Shown: positions 51,703 to 62,995 of the stretch, one piece after another
Position numbering within the stretch: the first letter of the stretch is position 1
How the letters are laid out: the number at the start of each line of letters is the position of its first letter
Source: Spirochaetia bacterium
Lineage (GTDB): Bacteria; Spirochaetota; Spirochaetia; SZUA-6; Bin103
Assembly: GCA_965208575.1 (NCBI GenBank)
Contig: CBDBOV010000005.1
Span: forward strand, 576,001 to 640,000
Direction of reading: 5' to 3'
DNA length: 64,000 nt
The notes under the pieces: model-generated
The model's database searches: none
What the model saw: only the letters and a program-made list of their open reading frames with translations
What the model was told of the DNA's origin: nothing
Made by a program: the position numbers and the translations under genes

Positions 51703-53345
51703 TACCATATGGTGTGAATGACCTTCGAGCAGTTGTCCGTGGTGTCGGACTCGTTGGCGACCGCGTCCACGCATGCGCCGTAGTGGTACGTACCCGTTGC
51801 CGGCGGCGATACTTCGACCCGCCCACCGCGGAAGGTCGGAGCTATTCGCGACTGCGTCTTGGTCAGCGGGCCCACCGCAACGGTGTGAATCTCCGTGTCG
51901 GACGCCGTGAACGTCCGGTCCGTCGACCGGTAGAAGCGGAGCGTGGTCGCCTCTGACGCGCCTCCCACGTTCTCGACATATGCGTGTATCGTGAACGGGG
52001 GTTCGCGAAAGCTTCTCGTAGGCGACCCCCACCCCCCGATTTGCAGGTTCGGCTTGTTGTGCGACACCACCACCTTCACCGGCGCCGAGCAGTTGTTCGT
52101 CGTGTTCGACTCCCCGCGCACCGCGTCCGCGCACATGCGGAAGTAATACGTCCCCAGGGTCGCCGGCACATCCAGGATAGCCCCTGGGTAGGATGTGCCA
52201 TGCGAAGAGAATGGACCCCACCGGTAGCTGTGTACTTCCGTGTCGGACGGGGTGAACGTTGCGTCATCCGAAAGGAAGAAACGAATCACGGTGCGGTCCG
52301 ACAGCCCCCCGTCGTTGCGTAGTATCGCAGACATCTTGAACACCCCTCCGGCGGCCGGAAGGGCAGGGTCGAAGGAGGGCGACGTAATCACCAGGTCCGG
52401 CGCCGACGACTTCCGTAACGTGACCCGCGAGGACGTGGCCGAGCAGTTGTTCGTCGTGTCGGACTCCCCGTCCACCGCGGTCACGCACGCGCCGTAGTAG
52501 TACGTTCCCGGCGACGACGGCGCCACCACGTGGTCCCACACGAGCTTGTCGTCCGCGGGCGCCAGTCCCGACAGTCGTACCGAGAAGACGGCGCTGTCGG
52601 AGGGTGTGATCGTCGAATCCGTCGAAACGTAGAGGCGCGCCGACGTTTCCGCCGCTCCCTTGTCCCCGACGTTGCGCACCCTCGCCGCAACCAGCAGTGC
52701 CTGCCCGGTGACCGCTCTTTCCTCGCTTACCGTAACATATTGCACCACCAGGTCCGGCCCCGGCGCCCCTTGTGTCGGGGCCGGCGGCACCTGCGTCGGC
52801 GTCGACGGCACCTGCGTTGGGGTCGACGCATCGAGCACGATGACCCGTACCGCCGCCGAGCAGTTGTTCGTCGTGTCGGACTTCCCGTCCACCGCGGCTA
52901 TGCACGCGCCGTAGTAGTACGTCCCGGCATCCGCGGGCGCCCGCAGGGTCACCGAGGCGGCGCTCTCGGAGGCCGCCGGTTCCACAATCGTGGCGTCGCC
53001 GACTGCTTCGTCCGCGGGCGTGATCACCGCGTCATGCGACCGGTAGACGCGCAACGTCGTGGTCGCGCCTACCGCACCCGCGCCGCCGATATTGCGCACC
53101 GTGGCCGAGAACGTGAAGCTCGTCCCGGCGGCAGGGCGAGCGTCGGTCACCGAGGGACGTTCCACCACCAGGTCGGGATGGCCGCCGCGGCCGGAGCCCC
53201 CCGCCACCGGACCGCCGCCGCAACCCGCCAGTCCGATGCACAACATCGCGACCAGCGCGCCGAGTGCGGCCGGCTTCCCGCGCGCGGAACGAGCAGACCC
53301 CTCCAATTTCACCGAGCGTGGATCGTCATGCATGCTCATCGGCAC
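51702..53345 (-). CDS. CARDB-like repeat lipoprotein C (4 domains)
   Basis: Lipobox IGLAGC; 4 repeats; start GTG 53345 or a nearby ATG. Confidence 0.85.
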   Translation of the reverse strand: MPMSMHDDPRSVKLEGSARSARGKPAALGALVAMLCIGLAGCGGGPVAGGSGRGGHPDLVVERPSVTDARPAAGTSFTFSATVRNIGGAGAVGATTTLRVYRSHDAVITPADEAVGDATIVEPAASESAASVTLRAPADAGTYYYGACIAAVDGKSDTTNNCSAAVRVIVLDASTPTQVPSTPTQVPPAPTQGAPGPDLVVQYVTVSEERAVTGQALLVAARVRNVGDKGAAETSARLYVSTDSTITPSDSAVFSVRLSGLAPADDKLVWDHVVAPSSPGTYYYGACVTAVDGESDTTNNCSATSSRVTLRKSSAPDLVITSPSFDPALPAAGGVFKMSAILRNDGGLSDRTVIRFFLSDDATFTPSDTEVHSYRWGPFSSHGTSYPGAILDVPATLGTYYFRMCADAVRGESNTTNNCSAPVKVVVSHNKPNLQIGGWGSPTRSFREPPFTIHAYVENVGGASEATTLRFYRSTDRTFTASDTEIHTVAVGPLTKTQSRIAPTFRGGRVEVSPPATGTYHYGACVDAVANESDTTDNCSKVIHTIW

Positions 53346-53352
53346 CTTCGTC

Positions 53353-53382
53353 ATGGTACAACGAGTTATTGAGGACTTTCAA
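53353..53382 (-). promoter_or_regulatory. Sigma70-like promoter of paralog C (TTGAAA-N18-TACCAT)
   Basis: Positionally conserved with the promoters of paralogs D, F and G. Confidence 0.55.
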
Positions 53383-53451
53383 TCACCTCGGCACGAATCG
53401 GAGTCCATATTGTATAGCTTTGCAGGGTAAAAGGTAACTTTCCCGATTGCG

Positions 53452-53576
53452 CGCGGCGCGCCGGGGTCGGCCCAAGGGCGGGATGCGGGAGGAGAGCGAT
53501 GCAGTGTCCGTCCGCTGGGGCGAACCTGGTCCCACGGTCCGGACCGGTTGTCCCCCTATGACGCGGTGAGGGTAGG
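53452..53576 (-). repeat. Degenerate copy of the clpB 3' end and downstream intergenic DNA (short copy)
   Basis: Similar to about 60105-60224; encodes PTLTAS-stop versus clpB PTLTAP-stop. Confidence 0.8.
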
Positions 53577-53638
53577 TCGTGTCGGACTCCCTTTCCCCCG
53601 CCCGCGTCTCCGCTCCCGGTGTTGCGCACCCGTCGGGG

Positions 53639-55288
53639 TTATCTCCGTATGGTGTGGATCACCTTCGAGCAGTTGTCCGAAGTATCGGACTCGTTGGCGA
53701 CCGCGTCCACGCACGCGAAGTAGTAGTGGGTACCCGTTGCCGGCGGCGTTACATCGACTAGCCCACTGTAGAAGGTCGGAGCTGTTCGCGCCTCCGTCTT
53801 GGTCAGCGGGCCCACCGCAACGCTGTGAATCTCCATGTCGGACGCCGTGAACGTCCTGTCCGTCGACCGGTAGAAGCGTAGCGTGGTCGCCCCTGACGGG
53901 CCGCCGCGGTTCTCGACATACGCGTATATCGGGAACGAGGGTCCGTTCCAGTTTTCCACACCCCACGACCCGATTCGCAGGTTCGGCTTGCTGTGCGACA
54001 CTACCACCTTCACCGGCGCCGAGCAGTTGTTCGTCGTGTTCGACTCCCCGCGCACCGCGTCCGCACACATGCGGAAGTAATACGTCCCCAGGGTCGCCGG
54101 CACATCCAGGATATCCGACGGGTAGGACGTGTTATGCGAAGGGAATGGCCCCCACCAGTAGCTGTGTACTTCCGTGTCGGACGGTGTGAACTTTGCGTCA
54201 TCCGAGAGGAAGAAACGAATCACGGTGCCGCGCGACAGCCCCCCGTCGTTGCGTAGTATCGCAGCCATCCCGAACACCCCTCCGGCGGCCGGAAGGGCAG
54301 GGCCGAAGGAGGGCGACGTAATCACCAGGTCCGGCGCCGGCGACTCCCGTACCGCGACCCGCGAGGACGTGGCCGAGCAGTTGTTCGTCGTATCGGACTC
54401 CCCGTCCACCGCGGTCACGCACGCGCCGTAGTAGTACGTTCCCGGCGACGGCGGCGCGACCACGTAGTGCCACACGAGCTTGTCGCGCGCGGGCGCCAGT
54501 CCCGACAGTCGTGCCGAGTAGACGGTGCCGTCGGCGGGGGTGACCGTCGAATCCGTCGAAAGATAAAGGCGCGCCGACGTTTCCGCCGCCGCCTTGTTGC
54601 CAACGTTGCGCACGCTCGCCGTAACCAGCAGTCTTTGCCCGGCGACCACCGTTTCTTCGCTTACCGTAACATATTGCACCACCAGATCCGGCCCCGGCGG
54701 CGCCTGTATCGGGGCCGGCGGCGCCTGTATCGGGGCCGGCGGCTGCTGCGTCGGGGGCGCCGCATCGAGCACGGTGACCCGCACCGCCGCCGAGCAGTGG
54801 TTCCTCGTGTCGGACTCCCCGTCCACCGCGGCTATGCACGCGCCGTAGTAGTACGTCCCGGCATCCGCGGGCGCCCGCACGGTCACCGACGCGGCGCTCT
54901 GCGAGGCCGCCGGTTCCGCGGTCGTGGCGGCGCCGACTTCTTCGTCATCGGGCGTGATCGTCGCATCATCCGACCGGTAGACGCGCAACGTCGTGGCCGG
55001 CGCGCCTGCCGCGCCCGCGCCGTGGTTGTTGTTGCGCACCGTGGCCGAGAACGTGAAGCTCGCCCCGGCGGCAGGGCGGGGGTCGGTCACCGAAGGACGT
55101 TCCACCACCAGGTCCGGATGGCTGTCGCGGCCGGAGCCCCCGGCCACCGGACCGCCGCTGCAACTCGCCAGTCCGATGCACAACACCGCGCCGAGCGCGC
55201 CGAGCGCAACCGGCCTCAAGCCCGCCGAACGAACGGTCGAGTCCAACGTCACCGAGCGTTGATCACCATGCGGCACTCTTGTCAGCAT
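53639..55288 (-). CDS. CARDB-like repeat lipoprotein D (4 domains)
   Basis: Lipobox IGLASC; 4 repeats; ATG 55288 lies 6 nt after TACGAT. Confidence 0.85.
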   Translation of the reverse strand: MLTRVPHGDQRSVTLDSTVRSAGLRPVALGALGAVLCIGLASCSGGPVAGGSGRDSHPDLVVERPSVTDPRPAAGASFTFSATVRNNNHGAGAAGAPATTLRVYRSDDATITPDDEEVGAATTAEPAASQSAASVTVRAPADAGTYYYGACIAAVDGESDTRNHCSAAVRVTVLDAAPPTQQPPAPIQAPPAPIQAPPGPDLVVQYVTVSEETVVAGQRLLVTASVRNVGNKAAAETSARLYLSTDSTVTPADGTVYSARLSGLAPARDKLVWHYVVAPPSPGTYYYGACVTAVDGESDTTNNCSATSSRVAVRESPAPDLVITSPSFGPALPAAGGVFGMAAILRNDGGLSRGTVIRFFLSDDAKFTPSDTEVHSYWWGPFPSHNTSYPSDILDVPATLGTYYFRMCADAVRGESNTTNNCSAPVKVVVSHSKPNLRIGSWGVENWNGPSFPIYAYVENRGGPSGATTLRFYRSTDRTFTASDMEIHSVAVGPLTKTEARTAPTFYSGLVDVTPPATGTHYYFACVDAVANESDTSDNCSKVIHTIRR

Positions 55289-55294
55289 TTCGCC

Positions 55295-55323
55295 ATCGTA
55301 CCGTGGGCATTGAATTCTTGCAA
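55295..55323 (-). promoter_or_regulatory. Sigma70-like promoter of paralog D (TTGCAA-N17-TACGAT), probably leaderless
   Basis: Minus strand ttgcaa-gaattcaatgcccacgg-tacgat-ggcgaa-ATG. Confidence 0.65.
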
Positions 55324-55380
55324 TCACTTCTGCACGATTATTGTTTATATATCATATCTTTACTGGATCATGTGTAATAT

Positions 55381-55563
55381 AATTGAATCGGGCGGTGCGC
55401 CGGGATCGGCCCAAGGGCGAGACGCGGGAGGAGAGCGATGGTGTGTTCGTCCGCTGGGCCGCAACCGGTCCCACGGTCTGGACAGGTTGTCCCTATGGCG
55501 CGGTGAGGGTAGGGGCAGGAGCGGTCACGGCAAAGCTCGACGGCCCGCCGGTGGCTGCGTCCG
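55381..55563 (-). repeat. Degenerate copy of the clpB 3' end (about 22 codons) and downstream intergenic DNA
   Basis: Aligns with 60092-60274; DAATGGPSSFAVTAPAPTLTAP-stop versus clp[23 protein letters not shown]-stop. Confidence 0.88.
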
Positions 55564-55583
55564 CGGGCGTGAAGAGCGGTGAT

Positions 55584-57524
55584 CTAGCGGGGCGTGACGG
55601 ACGGCGAGCAGTTGTCCGTGTCGGACTCCCCGGGCACCACGTCCACGCACGCGCCATAGTATTGCGTCCCAGGAGCCGAAGGGCGCGGCACCTCGACCCC
55701 TCCAATGAAGTAGTCGAAAGCACCAGACCAGCAGCACGTCCACGAGAACTCGGCGGCGCTTATTTCTGTGTCGGAGGTCGTGATCGTCGCATCCGTCGAA
55801 TGGTAGAAGCGCAGCCGCGGCGCCCCCTCGAAATCGGCGCCGTGGTTCAGCACTATCGCATAGATGCTGAACGTCCCGGCGTCTTTTCTTTGCCATATGA
55901 GCCGGAGGACTAGCAGATTCGGCTTGTCGTGCGACACCTTGACCTGCACCGCTTGCGAGCAGTTGTTCGTGGAATCGGCTTCTCCCGCCATCGCGTCCGC
56001 GCATGCGCCGTAGTAGTAGGTCCCACGGCTCGAAGGCGTCTGGAGCGTCAGCTTGGTGCGGCGGCTAACCGAGGGATCGAGTATGCGCGTCGTGTTGGCG
56101 CCCACCTTCGTGTCGGACGTCGTGATCGTAGCATCTTCCGACCGGTAGTAGCTTAATTTCGGTCTCCACACGACACCGCCCCCGACGTTGCGCACGGTCG
56201 CGTACAGGTTGAAACGCCCGCCGATGGCCGGACTGCCGGGGACCACGGAAGGCGAGACCATCTCCAGGTCCGGCGGCACACGCGGCACCGTGATCGACCG
56301 TGCCCGCGAACAGTTGTTCGTCGTGTCGGACTCTCCCGCCACCGCGTCCACGCACGCGCCGTAGTAGTGCGTCCCCGGGTTCGACGGCGCCTGCAGGGTC
56401 GCCGACACGCGGACGAACCCCCATCCAGAAAGCCAGAAATACAGTCTTGGCACCCTGTCGGCGAATACCTCCGTATCGGCTCTCGTGATCGTCGCATCGG
56501 TCGAGTGGTAGAAGCGCACAGTCGTCGCCGCCGATCTCGTACGCCCGTCATTGCGTACACTCATCGTCAACGTGAAAGGCACGCCGGCGGACGGACGGTC
56601 GAGATTCTCGCTGGTCAAGACCTCATGTTCCGTGACCAGATCCGGCCCCTCTCCCCGCGTTGCGGGCTGTGGCGCCGGCGCCGCGGTGCCCTGCACGTCC
56701 GGAACCGTGACCTGGACCGCTGCCGAACAGTTGTTCGCGGTGTGGGATTCTCCCGCCGCTGGCTCCACGCAGGCGCCGTAGTAGTACGTCCCGGCACTCG
56801 CCGGCGCCGTCAGCATCACCGACACGACTTCGCGCGCCGTGGCGGCCAGCTCCCGCACCGTGCCGTCGCCGGCTCTTTCGTCGTCCGTCTCGATCGTGTC
56901 GTCCTCCGACAGGTAGACGAGCAGCGTCGTCGCAGACGCGTTCCCGCCGCCGGCGTTGTGCACGGTGGCCGACAACGTGAAGGTCGCCCCGGCAGCCGGG
57001 GTGTCGGCGCTCAACGCAGGAGATTCCACCACCAAGTCCGGCAACGGCGAGGCCGGTGAGGTATCCCGCGCATCCGGGACGGTTACCTGGACCGCTGCCG
57101 AACAGTTGTTCGCGGTCTCGGATTCTCCGCCCGCCGCATCGACGCATGCGCCGTAGTGGTACGTGCCGGGACTCGTCGGCGCCGGCACCTTCGCCGCCGC
57201 GACCATGCTCTCCGAGGCCGCCAGGGCCTCCACCGTGGCGGCGCCCACCTGCTCGTCGGCGGGCGTGATCGTCCCGTCATCCGAACGGTAGACGCGCAGC
57301 GTGGTGGCTGCTGCTGCCCCTCTCCCGGCGTTGTGCACGGTGGCCGAGAACGTGAAGGTCGCCCCGGCGGCCGGGCGGTCATCGCTCACCAAAGGAGATT
57401 CCACCACCAGGTCCGGCTGGCCGACCCCCGGACCGCCGCGGCAACTCGCCAGTGCAATGCATGCCAGCGCAACGGACGCGCTGAGCGCGACCCGCGATCG
57501 ACTCGGAGCGGTGAACGGCGGCAT
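55584..57524 (-). CDS. CARDB-like repeat lipoprotein E (5 domains)
   Basis: Signal almost identical to paralog B; 5 repeats; TGATG overlap with paralog F. Confidence 0.85.
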   Translation of the reverse strand: MPPFTAPSRSRVALSASVALACIALASCRGGPGVGQPDLVVESPLVSDDRPAAGATFTFSATVHNAGRGAAAATTLRVYRSDDGTITPADEQVGAATVEALAASESMVAAAKVPAPTSPGTYHYGACVDAAGGESETANNCSAAVQVTVPDARDTSPASPLPDLVVESPALSADTPAAGATFTLSATVHNAGGGNASATTLLVYLSEDDTIETDDERAGDGTVRELAATAREVVSVMLTAPASAGTYYYGACVEPAAGESHTANNCSAAVQVTVPDVQGTAAPAPQPATRGEGPDLVTEHEVLTSENLDRPSAGVPFTLTMSVRNDGRTRSAATTVRFYHSTDATITRADTEVFADRVPRLYFWLSGWGFVRVSATLQAPSNPGTHYYGACVDAVAGESDTTNNCSRARSITVPRVPPDLEMVSPSVVPGSPAIGGRFNLYATVRNVGGGVVWRPKLSYYRSEDATITTSDTKVGANTTRILDPSVSRRTKLTLQTPSSRGTYYYGACADAMAGEADSTNNCSQAVQVKVSHDKPNLLVLRLIWQRKDAGTFSIYAIVLNHGADFEGAPRLRFYHSTDATITTSDTEISAAEFSWTCCWSGAFDYFIGGVEVPRPSAPGTQYYGACVDVVPGESDTDNCSPSVTPR

Positions 57525-58159
57525 CACCATATGGTGTGGATGACCTTCGAGCAGTTGTCCGTGGTGTCGGACTCGTTGGCGACCGCGTCGACGCATGCGC
57601 CGTAGTAGTACGTACCGGTTGACGGCGGTGTCAGGTCGACCAGCGAACCGAAGAACACCGGTGGCGTGCGCGGTACCGTCTTGGCCAGCGGGCCCACCGC
57701 AACGGTGTGAATTACCGTGTCGGACGCCGTGAACGTCTTGTCCGTCGACCGGTAGTAGCGTAGCGTGGTTGCTGTGGAGGCGCCTCCGATGTTCCGCACC
57801 GTTGCAGCGATCGCTAACCCGGGTCTGGTCCGCCGCCGCGAATCCCCAATTTGCAGGTTCGGCTTGGCGTGGGACACCATGACCTTTACCGGCGCCGAGC
57901 AGTTGTTCGTCGTGTTCGACTCCCCGCGCACCGCGTCCGCGCACATGCGGAAGTAATACGTCCCCAGGGTCGCCGGCACATCCAGGATAGCCGACGGGTA
58001 GGATGTGCCATGCGAATAGAATCGACCCCACCGGCCGCCGCAACCCGTCAGTCCGATGCACAACATCGCGACGAGCGCGCCGAGTGCGGCCGGCTTCCAG
58101 CGCGCGGCACGAGCGGCTCCCTCCAATTTCACCGAGCGTGGATCGTCATGCATGCGCAT
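57524..58159 (-). CDS. Internally deleted CARDB-like lipoprotein F (signal fused in frame to the last ~1.5 domains)
   Basis: IGLTGCGG joined directly to RWGRFYSHGTSYP; about 330 codons missing relative to paralog C. Confidence 0.8.
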   Translation of the reverse strand: MRMHDDPRSVKLEGAARAARWKPAALGALVAMLCIGLTGCGGRWGRFYSHGTSYPSAILDVPATLGTYYFRMCADAVRGESNTTNNCSAPVKVMVSHAKPNLQIGDSRRRTRPGLAIAATVRNIGGASTATTLRYYRSTDKTFTASDTVIHTVAVGPLAKTVPRTPPVFFGSLVDLTPPSTGTYYYGACVDAVANESDTTDNCSKVIHTIW

Positions 58160-58323
58160 CGTAACCCTGGTGATGGTACGACGAGTTACAGCGTACTCTC
58201 AATAACCTCGGCAAACTGATGGTCGACATTGCATAACTGAGCGGGGTAACCGGTAACTTTCTAGACTGCAATGCATGCCAGCGCGACCGGCGATCGACTC
58301 GGAGAGGGTGGACGGCGTCGGCG

Positions 58324-60000
58324 TCAATTCCGTATGGTGAGAATGACCATCGAGCAGTTGTCCGTGGTATCGGACTCGTTGGCGACCGCGTCCACGCACG
58401 CGCCGTAGTAGTACGTACCGGTTGACGGCGGTGTCACGCTGAACAGCGAACTGTAGAAACTCGGAGGTGTGCGCGGTTCCGTCTTGGCCAGCGGGGCCAC
58501 CGCAACGGTGTGGATTTGCGTGTCGGACACCGTGAATGTCTCGTCCGTCGACCGGTAGAAGCGTAGCGTGGTCGCTGTGGAGGCGCCTCCGAGGTTCCGC
58601 ACCCATGCACCTATCCAGAACCCGCTTCCCGTCCGCCGATGCCCTCTCACAATTTGCAGGTTCGGCTTGGAATGCGACACCACGATCTTGACCGGCGCCG
58701 AGCAGTTGTTCGTCGTGTTCGACTCCCCGGGCACCGCGTCCACGCACAGGCGGTAGTAGTGCGTCCCCATGGTCGTCGGCACATCAAGGGCTGCCGATGG
58801 TTCGAGTGTTTGAAGCGAAGGAAATGGACCCCATCGGTAGTTGTGTACTTCCGGGTCGGATGGGGTGAACGTCGCGTCATCCGAACGGTAGAAACGAAAC
58901 ACGGTGCGGTCCGCCAGGTTCCCGTCGTTGCGTAGTATCGCTGCCATCGCGAACACCCCTCCGGCGCCCGGGTTGCTGGTGGGATGCACGGAGGGCGACG
59001 TAATCACCAAGTCCGGCGCCGGTGCCTGCCGTACCACGAGCCCCTCCGATGTTGTGGCGCAGTTGTTCGTCGTGTTGGACTCCCCGTCCACCGCGGTCAC
59101 GCACGCGCCGTAGTAGTACGTGCCGGGCGTCGACGGCGCCACCACGTACTCCCACACGAGCTTGCCGTCCGAGGGCGCGAGTTCCGACAGGTGCTCCCAG
59201 TGCACGACGTCGTCGGACGGCGTGACCGTTGAACCGGTCGAAAGACGGAAGATCACGGTCGTCTTCGCCGCCCCCTCGTCCCCCACGTTGCGCACCCTCG
59301 CCGCGATCAGCAGTCGTTGCCCGGTGACCGAACTCAGTTCGCTTACCGTAGTGTTCTCCACCTTCAGATCCGGCCCCGGCGGCGCCTGCGTCGGCCCCGG
59401 CGGCACCTGCGTCGGCCCCGGCAGCACCTGCGTCGGCCCCGGCAGCACCTGCGTCGGCCCCGGCGGCACCTGTGTCGGGGTCGACACACCCAGCACGGTG
59501 ACCCGCACCGCCGCCGAGCAGCTGTTCGCCGTGTTGGACTTCCCGTCCACCGCGGTCACGCACGCGCCGTAGTGGTACGTCCCGGAGTCCGCTGGCGCCC
59601 GCAGGGTCACTGACACAACGCTCTTCGAGGTCCCCGGTTCGGCAGTCGTGGCGGTGCCGACTTCTTCGTCCTCGGGCGTGATCGTCGCATCATCCGACCG
59701 GTAGACGCGCAGCGTCGCGCCGGTGGTATCCGCGCCGCCGATGTTGCGCACCGTAGCCGAGAACGTGAAGCTCGCCCCGGCAGCGGGGTGGGGGTCGGTC
59801 ACCGAAGGACGTTCCACCACGAGGTCCGGATGGTCGCCGCGGCCGGAGCCCCCGGCCACCGGACCGCCGCTGCAACTCGCCAGTCCGATGCACAACATCG
59901 CGACCAGCGCACCGAGCGCGACCGGCTTCAAGCCTGCGGAACGAACGGTCGAGTCCAACGTCACCGAGCGTGGATCGCCATGCAGTATTCTCATCAGCAT
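58324..60000 (-). CDS. CARDB-like repeat lipoprotein G (4 domains)
   Basis: Lipobox IGLASC; 4 repeats; ATG 60000 lies 6 nt after TACGAT. Confidence 0.85.
   Translation of the reverse strand: MLMRILHGDPRSVTLDSTVRSAGLKPVALGALVAMLCIGLASCSGGPVAGGSGRGDHPDLVVERPSVTDPHPAAGASFTFSATVRNIGGADTTGATLRVYRSDDATITPEDEEVGTATTAEPGTSKSVVSVTLRAPADSGTYHYGACVTAVDGKSNTANSCSAAVRVTVLGVSTPTQVPPGPTQVLPGPTQVLPGPTQVPPGPTQAPPGPDLKVENTTVSELSSVTGQRLLIAARVRNVGDEGAAKTTVIFRLSTGSTVTPSDDVVHWEHLSELAPSDGKLVWEYVVAPSTPGTYYYGACVTAVDGESNTTNNCATTSEGLVVRQAPAPDLVITSPSVHPTSNPGAGGVFAMAAILRNDGNLADRTVFRFYRSDDATFTPSDPEVHNYRWGPFPSLQTLEPSAALDVPTTMGTHYYRLCVDAVPGESNTTNNCSAPVKIVVSHSKPNLQIVRGHRRTGSGFWIGAWVRNLGGASTATTLRFYRSTDETFTVSDTQIHTVAVAPLAKTEPRTPPSFYSSLFSVTPPSTGTYYYGACVDAVANESDTTDNCSMVILTIRN
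59371..59480 (-). repeat. In-frame 21-bp tandem repeat (about 5 PGPTQV-like units)
   Basis: Repeated gcacctgcgtcggccccggc units on the + strand. Confidence 0.88.
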
Positions 60001-60006
60001 TTCGCC

Positions 60007-60035
60007 ATCGTACCGTGAGCATTGAATCTTTTCAA
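60007..60035 (-). promoter_or_regulatory. Sigma70-like promoter of paralog G (TTGAAA-N17-TACGAT), probably leaderless
   Basis: Minus strand ttgaaa-agattcaatgctcacgg-tacgat-ggcgaa-ATG. Confidence 0.7.
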
Positions 60036-60203
60036 TCACTCATGCGCGTTTATCATTTATATAGCATAGCTTTACTGGACCACGTGTAACAAATTGAATC
60101 GGACGGAGCGCCAGGATCGGCCCACGGCGGGATGCGGGAGGAGAGCGATGGTGTGTCCGTCCGCTGGGCCGCAAACCTGTCCCACGGTCCGGACCGGTTG
60201 TCC

Positions 60204-62846
<2,643 letters not shown>

Positions 62847-62995
62847 CTTCAGCTCCCTTAATGGTGAAGATACGAGCCGCCAACCCCTCGGGCAAAGGCC
62901 GGCATCCGGCAGCGGCGGCGGCCCGGCGCGGGGCAAGAGTGTGCTCTTACGTCACCGTCCAGCGGCGCGCCGCCGTGCGCAAGATGTGTGCCCGC

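Noticed and set aside
62847-62995. CIRCE or HAIR heat-shock operator upstream of clpB
   Set aside because: Only a short aagag-tgtg-ctctt palindrome is present; it matches neither consensus
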